Source: an uncultured Spirochaetota bacterium (GTDB taxonomy: Bacteria; Spirochaetota; Spirochaetia; SZUA-6; Fen-1364). From it: a DNA stretch of 64,000 nt. The notes beneath the pieces are model-generated. The model searched no databases. It saw only the letters and a list, made by a program, of their open reading frames with translations, and was not told where the DNA came from. The stretch is taken from NCBI GenBank assembly GCA_963845535.1, contig CAWJSK010000002.1, positions 64,001-128,000 on the forward strand. The letters run 5' to 3'. Shown here piece after piece: positions 40,157 to 50,797 of the stretch. Numbering within the stretch: position 1 is the first letter of the stretch; every line of letters begins with the position of its first letter. Made by a program: the position numbers and the translations under genes.

Positions 40157-41320
40157 ATGGATAACTTCACTTTCGTAAACACGACAAAAATCATCTTTGG
40201 AAAATCGACCGAGGAGGGCGTTGGCAAGGAAATCAAGCCCTTTTCCTCGAAGGTTCTTCTCCATTATGGGAAGGACAGCGTCAAGAAGTCAGGTCTCCTG
40301 GACAGGATCTGCCGCGCCCTGGACAAGGAGGGCATCCAGCACGTGGAGCTGGGCGGGGTGTCACCCAACCCGAGGCTCTCCCTGGCGCGTGAAGGGATCA
40401 GGATTTGCCGGGAGAAGAAGCTGGACTTCGTGCTGGCGGTGGGCGGCGGGAGCGTCATTGACTCCGCCAAGGCGATCGCCGCGGGAGTCCCCTACACGGG
40501 AGACGTGTGGGACTTCTACATGAGGAAGGCCACACTGGCGGCCATGCTGCCCGTGGGAGTCGTGCTCACAATCCCCGCCGCGGGGAGTGAGAGCAGCAAC
40601 GGCTCGGTGATCACCAACGAAGAGGGATGGCTCAAGCGCGACGCCGGCTCGGAGCTCATGAGGCCGCGCTTCGCCATCATGAATCCCGAGCTGACCTTCA
40701 CGCTGCCTCCGTACCAGACTGCCTGCGGCTGCGCGGACATCATGGCGCACGTGATGGAGAGATACTTCACCAACGCGCGCGCGGTGGAGTTTACCGACCG
40801 GCTGTGCGAGGCCACCTTGAAGACGATCATCAGCAATGTGCCGCGGGTGCTCGCTGATCCGCGCAACTACGACGCACGGGCGGAGATCATGTGGGCGGGA
40901 ACAATAGCCCACAACGACCTCCTCTCCACAGGCCGCGTGGGTGACTGGGGCTCCCACATGATCGAGCATGAGCTGAGCGGCATCTACGACGTGGCGCACG
41001 GCGCCGGCCTGGCCGTGGTTTTTCCCGCCTGGATGAAGAAGGTGTACACGCACGACGTGGCGCGTTTTGCCCAGTTTGCCCAGCGCGTGTTCAACGTCGA
41101 AGTGAGCTTCGAGGACCCCGCCCTCACCGCGCTGGAAGGCATCCGACGCCTGGAGGTCTTCTTCCACGAGATTGGCCTGCCGGTGACTCTGAAGGAGCTT
41201 GGCGTCAAGGATGACCGGCTCTCCGAGATGGCGCGCAAGTGCACGGAGCGCGGCCCGGTGGGCAACTTCGTCAAGCTTGACCGCGAGGAGGTCCTCGAGG
41301 TCTACACGCTGGCGGTGTGA
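40157..41320 (+). CDS. Iron-containing alcohol dehydrogenase (butanol dehydrogenase-like)
   Basis: AVGGGSVIDSAK, DIMAHVMERYF, HMIEHELS..HGAGL. Confidence 0.92.
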   Translation: MDNFTFVNTTKIIFGKSTEEGVGKEIKPFSSKVLLHYGKDSVKKSGLLDRICRALDKEGIQHVELGGVSPNPRLSLAREGIRICREKKLDFVLAVGGGSVIDSAKAIAAGVPYTGDVWDFYMRKATLAAMLPVGVVLTIPAAGSESSNGSVITNEEGWLKRDAGSELMRPRFAIMNPELTFTLPPYQTACGCADIMAHVMERYFTNARAVEFTDRLCEATLKTIISNVPRVLADPRNYDARAEIMWAGTIAHNDLLSTGRVGDWGSHMIEHELSGIYDVAHGAGLAVVFPAWMKKVYTHDVARFAQFAQRVFNVEVSFEDPALTALEGIRRLEVFFHEIGLPVTLKELGVKDDRLSEMARKCTERGPVGNFVKLDREEVLEVYTLAV

Positions 41321-41384
41321 CATGCAGCAGCCTCGCCTGTTTGCGAAGCTTCCCGGATTCGTGAGTCATCAGTAGGAGGACAGC

Positions 41385-42443
41385 ATGGCAGAAATGACGC
41401 AACGAGTGTTCGGGCGGACCCCGGAGGGGGACGAGATCATCCAGTACGCTCTTCGGGCAGGCCCGGTGACCGTTCAGCTCATCAGCTACGGCGCCACCCT
41501 TTCCTCCGTGCGCATCCCCGACAGGAAAGGGGTGGTGGAGGAAGTCACGCTCGGGTTCGATGATCTGCAGGGATACCTGAACCCTCACCCATACTTCGGC
41601 GCAACGTTGGGGAGAGTGGCCAACAGGATTGCCAAGGGCAAGTTTTCGATTGACGGGAAGACCTATACCCTTTTCTGCAACAATGGCAGGAACCATCTCC
41701 ACGGCGGAAAAAAGGGATTTGACCGGGCCGCGTGGCTGTCTTCGGGCTTCCAGCGCGCCGACGCAGCAGGTGCGGCCGGTGCAGCCGGAGCGGTGTTCTC
41801 CTACGGAAGCCCTGATGGTGAGGAAGGCTACCCGGGCAATCTCGACGCGCGCGTGATCTACACGCTGGATGATTCAGGAACGCTGGAGGTGGTCTGGGAG
41901 GCCAGGACGGACAAGCCCACCATCGTCAACCTTTCCAACCATGCATACTGGAACCTGAAGGGAGCCGGCAGCGGCGACATCAAGGGCCAGGTGTTGACGC
42001 TGGAAGCGGAACGCTACGTGCCCTCGGATGACGAGCTGATCCCAACGGGGGAAATTCGTGACGTTGCCGGCACGCCTTACGACTTTCGAAAAGCAAAGCC
42101 GATCGGCAAGGAGCTCGGGAAGGCCTCGGACATCGGCTATGACGCGTGCTTCGTGCTCGGGCAGCCCGTGAACGGCTGGCGCCGGGTGGGGAGAGCGGTT
42201 GATCCTTTGTCGGGCAGAGGGCTCGAGATGTTCGCCACGCAGCCAGGGGTGCATTTTTATTCCGGCGGGCATCTGCATTCCATGAAGGGACGCGGCGGAA
42301 AGCAGTTCGACACCTTCGGGGCATTTGCCCTGGAGACGGAGGCTTTCCCAGACGCCATCAACCAGAAGGGATTCCCCAACGTCATCCTCCGCCCGGGAGA
42401 GACGTACACGGAGAAGATGAAGATCCGATTCTTTGCGGAATAA
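41385..42443 (+). CDS. galM: Aldose 1-epimerase (mutarotase)
   Basis: GRVANRI, NHLHGG, EEGYPG, NHAYWNL. Confidence 0.92.
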   Translation: MAEMTQRVFGRTPEGDEIIQYALRAGPVTVQLISYGATLSSVRIPDRKGVVEEVTLGFDDLQGYLNPHPYFGATLGRVANRIAKGKFSIDGKTYTLFCNNGRNHLHGGKKGFDRAAWLSSGFQRADAAGAAGAAGAVFSYGSPDGEEGYPGNLDARVIYTLDDSGTLEVVWEARTDKPTIVNLSNHAYWNLKGAGSGDIKGQVLTLEAERYVPSDDELIPTGEIRDVAGTPYDFRKAKPIGKELGKASDIGYDACFVLGQPVNGWRRVGRAVDPLSGRGLEMFATQPGVHFYSGGHLHSMKGRGGKQFDTFGAFALETEAFPDAINQKGFPNVILRPGETYTEKMKIRFFAE

Positions 42444-42517
42444 CGGAGCGCCTTGCCCTCGGGGACCGCGGCGCGCCGGGCTTGCCTCGATTCGCAAAAA
42501 CACGCTACCGTGCCCTT

Positions 42518-43639
42518 ATGCAGCTGCCGCCTTTCACTCTCGAACGGTACTTTTCCGAATTCGAGTTCAGCGTCGAGCTGAACCTTTGCGCTTCTGATTG
42601 CGAGTCCATGAGCGTCAAAGAGCTTCTGGCCATGGAGCCCGGCGCCGAAGAGCGGTTCCTCGGGCTGCGCCTGGGATATACGGAGACGCAGGGGAGCCCG
42701 ACGCTGCGCGAACAAGTGAGCGGCCTGTATTCTTCCACCGGTCCGCAGAGCATCCTCATCCACAACGGCGCGGAGGAGGGGATATTCCTCTTCATGGCGG
42801 CCATGCTTGATCGGGGAGACCACCTGATTGTCCATTGCCCCTGCTACCAGTCCCTCCATGAAATTGCGCGCGTGATTGGCTGCCGCCTGACTCCGTGGAA
42901 CGCCCGGGAGGAGGAGGGTTGGGCCCTGGATCCGAAAGAGCTCGAGCGGCACATCAGGCATGACACGCGCGTCATTGTCATCAACACGCCGCACAACCCG
43001 ACCGGCTACCACATGCCGCACGATGTGTTCCGGGAAGTGATGGAGATTGCCGACAAGCATGGGATCATCGTCTTTTCTGATGAGGTCTACCGCGGGCTCG
43101 AGTATGATGAGGCGCAGCGCCTCCCCGCGGCCTGCGACTCAAGCGACCGCGCCGTCTCTCTTGGCGTGATGTCGAAGGCGTATGGCCTGGGCGGGCTTCG
43201 CATTGGCTGGATTGCGACGAAGAACGCGGAGGTGATGTCCCGGATCCAGGGTGTCAAGGACTACACCACCATTTGCGCGAGCGCTCCGGGAGAGTTCCTG
43301 GCAGAGGTCGCGCTGCGACACGGGAGCCAGCTCGTGGGGCGCAGCAAGGGCATCATTTCCGAGAACCTGCGGCTCCTGACGCCGTTTTTCGCCCGGCACG
43401 CGGAACGCTTCGAATGGCGCGCTCCCATGGCCGGTCCAATCGCTTTCCCGAGGCTCATCGGCGGAGAGGCGGGCAACTTCTGCGCTACGCTGGCCAGGAA
43501 GAGCGGCGTCCTGCTCCTGCCGGGCTCCGTTTACGACGACAGCGGGAATCACTTCCGCATTGGGTTCGGCCGCAGGAACATGCCCGAGGCCATGGCCCGG
43601 CTGGACGCGTTTCTCCAACGGGAAACCGTGGTAGCCTAG
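42518..43639 (+). CDS. PLP-dependent aminotransferase class I/II
   Basis: NTPHNPTG, SDEVY, MSKAYGLGGLRIGW. Confidence 0.9.
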   Translation: MQLPPFTLERYFSEFEFSVELNLCASDCESMSVKELLAMEPGAEERFLGLRLGYTETQGSPTLREQVSGLYSSTGPQSILIHNGAEEGIFLFMAAMLDRGDHLIVHCPCYQSLHEIARVIGCRLTPWNAREEEGWALDPKELERHIRHDTRVIVINTPHNPTGYHMPHDVFREVMEIADKHGIIVFSDEVYRGLEYDEAQRLPAACDSSDRAVSLGVMSKAYGLGGLRIGWIATKNAEVMSRIQGVKDYTTICASAPGEFLAEVALRHGSQLVGRSKGIISENLRLLTPFFARHAERFEWRAPMAGPIAFPRLIGGEAGNFCATLARKSGVLLLPGSVYDDSGNHFRIGFGRRNMPEAMARLDAFLQRETVVA

Positions 43640-44940
43640 GAGCCGTTCCGCATCTGCTGCGCTTTCGACGGTCTGACAAAAAGGATGAAAAGGACGGAAC
43701 CGACGAACCGTCCCACCCCGCTCACAATAAATGCCGCATGGTAGCCCACGGTGGCAATCAGGAGGCCGCCGACCAGGGGCCCGATGACGGCGCTTGCCGA
43801 GACCGCGCTCTGGTATAACGCAACACCTGCCTCCCGTTCCTCCAAAGGGCTCAGCTCCAGGAGCATGTTGAAGCTGGCAAGGTTGTACCCTGCCCACAGG
43901 ATGCCCGAAGCCGTGTTGATGATGTAGACGTGGTACGGCACGCGCGCAAGCACCCAGCAGAGGGGGAGGATCGGGATCAGGACCCCGGTAAGGATCAGTA
44001 TCGCCCTGTTGCCCCGCCGGTCGCTCAAGCTTCCGAAAAGCGCCTGGCCCGCGAGCCCCGTCAATGCTGAGACACCGGTGGCAATCCCGACCTCGGCGGA
44101 CGTCCCGTGGAGCCCGGTGACGAGGTACACGTTGAAGAAAGGCGATGCAACGTTGAGGGAGAACCCCCAGACGAAGCTGCTGGCGGCCAGCCACGTAAAG
44201 GCGGGGTTGCGCTTCAGCAGGTCCAGAACGTTTCGCGTGCGCTTTCGGATCCTGGCCGGCACGCTGATGGGCGGCTCGGGGATCCGTGAAAAGGAATAGG
44301 TGGACAGCATTCCGCAAACGAAGGCGAGGAGAAGCGTTGCCTGGTAGCCCAGGAAATCATGCGATGTCCGGGTATTGACCGTCCGTACGATCCAGCCCGC
44401 CAGCGGGGAGATGACGAGGGCAACGGCTCCCATTGCCGCGTTGCGGCTGGCAAAGTACCTGCCGCGGGATTCCGCGGGGACGAGGTCCGCTGCCATGGAT
44501 GCCCAGGGCGGATTGCATAGGCTTCCGAACATGAGGCTGAGAGCGTTCGCGGCGATGATCAGGAAGACGAGGAGCGCTCCGTGGCCCGTGAGGAAAGGGA
44601 CGAGCGCGAGAAGCAGGATCATGAGACGGCTCGCGCCGCCGCCGGCCGCCACGACGAACGGCTTTCGTTGCCGCAGCCGCCACGCTATCCCCGCCCCGGA
44701 AAGGTATCCGCCGATGCTCACGAGGTTTGCCACTGCGGCGAGCACCCCGATACCCCCCGCGGAGGCACCGGCGGCAAGCGCGAAAAGCGGGATGTAGTCC
44801 GTGGAGCTCGAGGCCTGGGCCTGGCTGAAAGCTCCGTCCATCCAGAACCATTTCAGACCGGCAAGGCGGCGGCGGCCGAACGGTCCGCAGACTCGGTCTA
44901 TGTGGCGTGCCAGGGGGCGCAAGCTCAAGATTGGGGGCAC
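43636..44940 (-). CDS. MFS transporter
   Basis: About 12 TMs, DLVPAESRGRYF, GSLSDRRGNR. Confidence 0.85.
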   Translation of the reverse strand: MPPILSLRPLARHIDRVCGPFGRRRLAGLKWFWMDGAFSQAQASSSTDYIPLFALAAGASAGGIGVLAAVANLVSIGGYLSGAGIAWRLRQRKPFVVAAGGGASRLMILLLALVPFLTGHGALLVFLIIAANALSLMFGSLCNPPWASMAADLVPAESRGRYFASRNAAMGAVALVISPLAGWIVRTVNTRTSHDFLGYQATLLLAFVCGMLSTYSFSRIPEPPISVPARIRKRTRNVLDLLKRNPAFTWLAASSFVWGFSLNVASPFFNVYLVTGLHGTSAEVGIATGVSALTGLAGQALFGSLSDRRGNRAILILTGVLIPILPLCWVLARVPYHVYIINTASGILWAGYNLASFNMLLELSPLEEREAGVALYQSAVSASAVIGPLVGGLLIATVGYHAAFIVSGVGRFVGSVLFILFVRPSKAQQMRNGS

Positions 44941-45030
44941 CAGTCAACAATATCAAAAATTCGCTGTTTGTTGGAGGGTCGCGCGGGTGACGGTTTTCCG
45001 CTATACTGTAGGCAAGAAACGCGAGGAAGA

Positions 45031-46527
45031 ATGTCTCCAAGGATCAATGTCGTCGACATCCAGAGGGCAGCCCGCAACTCAATCCCTCTCGTGTTCAGGC
45101 TCACGAGCCTGCCGCCGACGCTGTTCCCGCTCATCGACCGCATCCTCGAGATGTTCCTGGCGGAGTTGGGGCAGGAGAAGCTGTTGGAACCCCTGTCGTT
45201 CTGTCTCAAGGAGCTGATCTCCAACGCCCAGAAGGCGAATGCCAAGCGGATCTATTTCCAGGAGCGTGGCCTGCAGATCTCACGCCGGGAGGATTACGAG
45301 CGGGGGATGAAGGACTTCATCACGGAGCTGTCCGTGAACCTGGATCATTTCATCGACCAGCTCAAGGAGCGGCGCCTCTCCATCGACGTTGCGCTCCACG
45401 CAACCGCGGAGGCGCTCACCGTCTCGGTGAGGAACGACGCGGAGCTGGCTCCCGATGAGCGCAGGCGCATCGACGAGCGGATCCTCCGTTCGCGGGGGCT
45501 CCATTCGTTCTTCGAGGCGCTGGAGACTTCCGTTGACAGCACCGAAGGCGCCGGGCTCGGGATCATGATTCTCCTTCAGTTCCTGAAAAGGATCGGCCTT
45601 GGAGAGAAAGCGCTTTCCATCCGCACGGAAAAGGGCGGTACGGTGTCATCCATCGTCATCCCGATCTCGAACGTCCACCTCGACCAGATCAGGCTCCTCA
45701 CCGAGGTGCTCGTCCGCGACATCGAGCTCCTGCCCCACTTTCCTGAGAACATCTCGGAGCTGATCAAGCTCACCGAGGAAGATCAAAAGGCGGGCGTCAC
45801 CGAGGTGGCGGAGCGCATCTCGCGTGATCCGACTCTCACCGCCGAGCTTCTGCGCCACGTGAACTCCGCCTACTACGGGCTTCCCTCGCGGACCAACAGC
45901 ATCCTCCAGGCGGTGAAATACGTGGGAATGAGGAGCCTGCACCACCTCCTGTACTCCTTCGGTTTTCAGCGGGTGTTCGGCAGTCACCATGGGATGAAGG
46001 AGCTCTGGGAGCATTCCTTCCGCGTGGCTTCCTACGCGGGCATGTTGGCGCGCGAGGTCGCCAACCGGCGGGAGATCCTGGACGACGTGTACGTGGCGGG
46101 CATCCTCCATGACCTGGGGCTCATTGTCGTTCGCACCCTGCATCCTCGGACGCAGGAGAAAATGCGCCGGTTTTCCATGGAGAAGCACATTCCCGCGAGC
46201 CTTCTTGAGAAATTTTCCTTCGGCTTGAACCATGCCGACATCGGCGCCCTCATAGCGCAGAAGTGGAGCTTCCCCGACGTGCTCGTTGAAGGCATCAGGT
46301 ACCATCATGATCCGCTCCTTGCAAGCCGGCGCTGCAAGGAGGTCGTCTCGTGCGTGTACCTGGCAAACGCCGTAACCGACCTGGAACGCGGCATGATCTC
46401 CTACGAACAGCTTTCGAAGCCGGTCCTCGGAGAGTTCGGGATCAGGACCAGCGCGCAGCTCATCGAGATCGGGAGCATGCTGAAAAATGAGTTTGAAAAG
46501 CTGATGACGGAGCCGCTCAAGAAGTGA
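45031..46527 (+). CDS. HDOD-domain signalling protein with N-terminal HATPase-like domain
   Basis: KELISNAQKAN..EGAGLG; DPTLTAELLRHVNS, AGILHDLG, YHH. Confidence 0.82.
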   Translation: MSPRINVVDIQRAARNSIPLVFRLTSLPPTLFPLIDRILEMFLAELGQEKLLEPLSFCLKELISNAQKANAKRIYFQERGLQISRREDYERGMKDFITELSVNLDHFIDQLKERRLSIDVALHATAEALTVSVRNDAELAPDERRRIDERILRSRGLHSFFEALETSVDSTEGAGLGIMILLQFLKRIGLGEKALSIRTEKGGTVSSIVIPISNVHLDQIRLLTEVLVRDIELLPHFPENISELIKLTEEDQKAGVTEVAERISRDPTLTAELLRHVNSAYYGLPSRTNSILQAVKYVGMRSLHHLLYSFGFQRVFGSHHGMKELWEHSFRVASYAGMLAREVANRREILDDVYVAGILHDLGLIVVRTLHPRTQEKMRRFSMEKHIPASLLEKFSFGLNHADIGALIAQKWSFPDVLVEGIRYHHDPLLASRRCKEVVSCVYLANAVTDLERGMISYEQLSKPVLGEFGIRTSAQLIEIGSMLKNEFEKLMTEPLKK

Positions 46528-46722
46528 GTCATTGGTATCCACCTTCTGGATACCATGGGATACAGCCCAGAGAAATTTACCTGCCAAAGGTTTCAGGAAA
46601 CGCTTCTAATTTATTATCTGGTAGATACTTCTGCCAATTATTTTCGGAACTGGTTACTGGCATGCGGTTTGCATCAAGAGACCCGGTTGTCAACCACTCT
46701 CTCAACAAAACAGGAGGTTCGT

Positions 46723-47721
46723 ATGAAGAGATCTCTCATCATCGCTCTCGCTGTGGCGCTTGCCGTTTTCATGGTGGCGCCTGTCTTTGCCGGCGGCCAG
46801 AAAGAAGGCGGGGCCAACAAGACGATCACCATCGGCTTCATGCCCGGCGTCGCTGATCCGTTCTATTACACCATGGAGCGCGGGATCAGGGCAAAGGCAA
46901 AAGAGCTCGGCGTAAATGTCGTCGTGGGCGACTACCCCGCCACATGGGGTCCCGAGGTTCAGACACCGAACCTTCAGGCGCTGATGGCAAAGGGCGGCAT
47001 CGACATCCTTCTCATTGCCCCCACCTCTACCACGGCCCTCGTGGCGCCTCTGAAAGCCATCAGTGACAAGGGCATTCCTGTCATCACCGTCGACACGTAC
47101 CTGGGTGACGGCGACTACTCCAAGCCCAGCGACTACAGCTTCCCGCTGGCATACATCGGCACGGACAACAAACTGGGCGGCAAGCAAGTGGCCGAGCACC
47201 TGGCCAAGCTCATTGGTGAGAAGGGCAAAGTCTACGTGGTGAACACGAACCCCGACACCTCCTCCGTCATTGACCGCGGAAACGGCTTTAAGGAAGGCAT
47301 TGCGGAGTTCCCCAACATCCAGCTGGTCGGCATGGACTACTGCCTTGACAACCAGCAGAAGGCCATGGAGCTCACCACGGCGGCGCTGCAGAAGAACCCC
47401 GACATCGTGGGCATCTTCGGCGTAAACGTGTTCAGCGCCCAGGGCGCGGCCCAGGCCGTGAAGAACGCCGGGCTCGCGGGCGCCGTGAAAGTGGCATCGT
47501 GGGACGCCACCCAGACGCTCATCGACTCCTTGAAGGCGGGGGACATCGACCTCGTCCTCGCTCAGCTCCCCGCTGAAATCGGCTCCCTCGGCGTGGATAC
47601 GGCGTACAAGTACCTCACCGCAAAGACCATGCCTCCCAAGAAGATCATCCCCGGGTTCCAGTTCTTCACAAAGGACAACGTGAACAACCCGGACATGCAG
47701 CAGTACATCTACTCGAAGTAA
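46723..47721 (+). CDS. Sugar ABC transporter substrate-binding protein
   Basis: GGAGG RBS, FAGGQKE, GIPVITVD, IGTDN. Confidence 0.9.
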   Translation: MKRSLIIALAVALAVFMVAPVFAGGQKEGGANKTITIGFMPGVADPFYYTMERGIRAKAKELGVNVVVGDYPATWGPEVQTPNLQALMAKGGIDILLIAPTSTTALVAPLKAISDKGIPVITVDTYLGDGDYSKPSDYSFPLAYIGTDNKLGGKQVAEHLAKLIGEKGKVYVVNTNPDTSSVIDRGNGFKEGIAEFPNIQLVGMDYCLDNQQKAMELTTAALQKNPDIVGIFGVNVFSAQGAAQAVKNAGLAGAVKVASWDATQTLIDSLKAGDIDLVLAQLPAEIGSLGVDTAYKYLTAKTMPPKKIIPGFQFFTKDNVNNPDMQQYIYSK

Positions 47722-47734
47722 GCACCTTTCACGC

Positions 47735-47762
47735 GGGGCCGGCGTCATGAGACGCCGGCCCC
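47735..47762 (+). other. 12-bp perfect stem-loop after the SBP gene (mRNA stabiliser/attenuator)
   Basis: GGGGCCGGCGTC-ATGA-GACGCCGGCCCC. Confidence 0.65.
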
Positions 47763-47841
47763 TCTCATTCTCTCTCGGCGTCGTTGATTGCAGTCGCGCT
47801 CGCAGTGTACTATTCAGCCGCTACCAAAGGGGTGATCTGCC

Positions 47842-48927
47842 ATGGGAGACAGGGCTCGCGGAATGAACAGAGGGAAGGCGCCGGCACCCGCGGTATCCGT
47901 TCTGGGCCGTAACTGGGCTTTCTTTTTCCTCCTGCTCACCCTGGTGGTGTTCTCCTTCACGGGGAAGAACTTCTTTGCCCTCAACAATTTCCAGAACATT
48001 GTCCACCTCGCCACAACCGCGCTGCTCCTGGCCTGCGCGGAAACCTTCGTCATCATCACGGGCGGGATAGATCTTTCCGTTGGCTTCGTGCTGGGGCTCT
48101 CGGCAGTGTCTTCCTCCAGCACCATGCAGGTCCTCTACGCCGCGCACTGGTCCGCGGCCGCCAGCATCCTGACCGGCATCGGCGTGGGGCTCGCTTCGAG
48201 CCTTGCATGCGGCCTTGCTGCGGGCGTCCTCATTGCGCGCTACCGCGTCCCGCCCTTCATTGCCACCCTGGGGACCCAGGGCATTGCCATCGGCGTGACC
48301 TACCACATCTGCGGAGGGTTCCCGGTGTGGTATCTCCCGCCCGGCCTGACGGACATCGGCAACGCATACCTCCTGTACATCCACCCCGGCACGGGAGCCT
48401 GGAGCTTCTTCTCCCGTCCCGCCGGCATTGCGGCTTCCCAGATCAAGGAGCTCGTACGGGTCTTCCCCGTCTCCTTCTTTCTCATCATCGTGTTCGTCGT
48501 CCTGCTTTGGCACCTGTTGAAAAACACGAGGTTCGGCCAGCACACGTACGCCATCGGCGGCAGCATGGACGCCTCCGTCCGCGCCGGCATCAACACGAGT
48601 CGCCACCTCATCCTCATCTACGTGCTTTCCGCCTTCCTGGCGGGAGTTGCCGGGATTGTGGACCTGTTCCAGTCCGGCACCGGCAACTTCACCACCTTCG
48701 GCGCGCAGCTTGAGCTGTTCGCCATCGCGGCGGTGATCATTGGCGGGGCAAGCCTCATGGGCGGCAAGGGGCGGGTGCTCGCGTCCGTGGTCGGAGTGCT
48801 GCTGCTGAAGGTGCTGGAGAACGGCTTGAACCTCTCTGGCGTGGAGCCATTCTACCGCTATATAGCGGTCGGTTTGATCCTGATCGTGGCGGTCGTCATC
48901 GACCAGCTCTTCCCGGATCTCTTCTAG
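47842..48927 (+). CDS. Sugar ABC permease (RbsC-like)
   Basis: GGIDLSVG, PFIATLG, AAVIIGGASL. Confidence 0.92.
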   Translation: MGDRARGMNRGKAPAPAVSVLGRNWAFFFLLLTLVVFSFTGKNFFALNNFQNIVHLATTALLLACAETFVIITGGIDLSVGFVLGLSAVSSSSTMQVLYAAHWSAAASILTGIGVGLASSLACGLAAGVLIARYRVPPFIATLGTQGIAIGVTYHICGGFPVWYLPPGLTDIGNAYLLYIHPGTGAWSFFSRPAGIAASQIKELVRVFPVSFFLIIVFVVLLWHLLKNTRFGQHTYAIGGSMDASVRAGINTSRHLILIYVLSAFLAGVAGIVDLFQSGTGNFTTFGAQLELFAIAAVIIGGASLMGGKGRVLASVVGVLLLKVLENGLNLSGVEPFYRYIAVGLILIVAVVIDQLFPDLF

Positions 48928-48946
48928 GCGGAAAGGAGCAGAGGCA

Positions 48947-49999
48947 GTGACGAAGCAGGCAAGGCTCACATCCTTCATCGGTCAGCGTTGGGCGGTGGCT
49001 TTCCTCGTCATCGAGCTGGTTTTCTTCAGCTCCCTCGCGCACGGTTTCTTTGCCCTCAACGGCGTACAGATCGTCCTGTTTTACAGCACCACGCTTGCGC
49101 TCCTGGCCACGGCGGAGACGCTGGTCATTGTAACGGGCGGGATCGACCTCTCCGTCGGTTTCGTGATGGGATTCGCCTCGGTTGTCTCGGCAAAGCTCGC
49201 CGGCGGATTCACGGATCGGGGCCTTCCGCCGGAGATGGCCCTCCTCCTGGCAATCCTCATCACCCTCGCGATCGGCCTTGCCCCCGGGCTTGTCAACGGG
49301 CTTCTCGTGGCGCGCCTGAAAGTGCCGCCCTTCCTTGCGACTTTCGCCGTCCAGGGTATTACCTACGGCATTTCGCTTCTCCTCACCGGGGGGTCCGCCG
49401 CCGTCAACGTCCCCAACCTGGCCAACATGATAGGAAACGGATACTTCCTTTATATAGTGCCGGGGCACGGAGTTTCGTTTTTCACCGCGCCACGGGTTAT
49501 TGCCGGCACGACGGTGATCGATTTCATTCCCACCATGGTCGTCGTAACGGTTGTATTTGTCGCCGTGGCGGCTTTCCTCTTGAAGAGGACGAAGTTCGGA
49601 CGGCATACCTACGCCATTGGCGGGAACATCGACGCGGCCGTCAGGGCGGGCATCAACGCAAACCGCCATCTCGTGGTCATTTACGTCCTTTCCTCCTTCC
49701 TGGCAACGCTTTCGGGCATCATCTACATGATGGAATACGTCTCGGGCAAATCAGATGCGGGCTCCTCCTTCATGCTGGACTCGATTGTCGCCGTGGTCAT
49801 TGGCGGGGCGAGCCTCTTCGGCGGCGTCGGGACGGTCTGGAGGTCAATCCTGGGGGTGCTGATCCTGTCCGTCCTGGAAATGGGGCTGAAGATCATGGGT
49901 GTGCAGACCTTCGACAAGTACATCGCCGTCGGAGTCATCCTGATATTCGCCGTTCTGATCGACCAGTTCTTTCCCGAGCTGATTCACAAGGAGGACTAG
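48947..49999 (+). CDS. Sugar ABC permease (RbsC-like)
   Basis: GGIDLSVG, AVVIGGASL. Confidence 0.92.
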   Translation: MTKQARLTSFIGQRWAVAFLVIELVFFSSLAHGFFALNGVQIVLFYSTTLALLATAETLVIVTGGIDLSVGFVMGFASVVSAKLAGGFTDRGLPPEMALLLAILITLAIGLAPGLVNGLLVARLKVPPFLATFAVQGITYGISLLLTGGSAAVNVPNLANMIGNGYFLYIVPGHGVSFFTAPRVIAGTTVIDFIPTMVVVTVVFVAVAAFLLKRTKFGRHTYAIGGNIDAAVRAGINANRHLVVIYVLSSFLATLSGIIYMMEYVSGKSDAGSSFMLDSIVAVVIGGASLFGGVGTVWRSILGVLILSVLEMGLKIMGVQTFDKYIAVGVILIFAVLIDQFFPELIHKED

Positions 50000-50003
50000 C
50001 CAG

Positions 50004-50773
50004 ATGGGGTACTTGCTTGAAGTCAGGAACATAACGAAGCGCTTCGGAGGCCTGGTGGCCGTCAACAACGTGAGCTTGGGGGTGAACGCGGGGGAGGTGG
50101 TTGGCCTCCTGGGAGACAACGGAGCGGGGAAGTCGACTCTCATCAAGGTGATCTCCGGAGTGTACCCGGCGGACGAAGGGATCATCCTTTTCCAGGGAGA
50201 AGAAGTGCACATTGCCAGCCCCATGGACGCGCTCGGGATGGGGATCGAAACGATCTACCAGGACCTCGCGCTTGCGGAAAACCTCAATACCCCGTCGAAC
50301 ATTTTCCTGGGGCGGGAGAAGATGAAGAAGATCCTGGGGTTTCTCAACGTCCTGGACCACGAGTACATGCAGCAGGAGAGCCGCAAGATCCTGGAAAAGC
50401 TGGACATCCTGATCCCTTCCCTGAGAAACCGCATCCGGGCGCTCTCCGGCGGCCAGCGCCAGGCCGTGGCCATCTCCCGCTCCATCTACTGGGACGCGAA
50501 GTTCCTCATCATGGATGAGCCCACGGCGGCCCTCGGTGTTGCCGAACAGAAGAAGGTCATAGATACGATCAACCGCCTGAAGTCCCACGGCATAGGGATC
50601 GTGGTGATCAGCCACCAGATGCACGACGTGTTCCAGGTGGCGGACCGGCTGATCATCATGCGCCGGGGGAAAAGGTCGCGGAGCGGGTCACCCGGGAGAC
50701 CAACGCTGATGAAGTGGTGAGCCTCATCGTGGGCGCTGAGACCGTCGAGCAGGGCCGGGCCGCGACACCCTGA
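50004..50773 (+). CDS. Sugar ABC ATP-binding protein (frameshift near 50670)
   Basis: GDNGAGKS and LSGGQRQ; the C-terminus KVAERVTRETNADEVVSLIVG continues in another frame to TGA 50773. Confidence 0.88.
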
Positions 50774-50797
50774 GTCGAAGGCCATGAGCAGAGGGCC

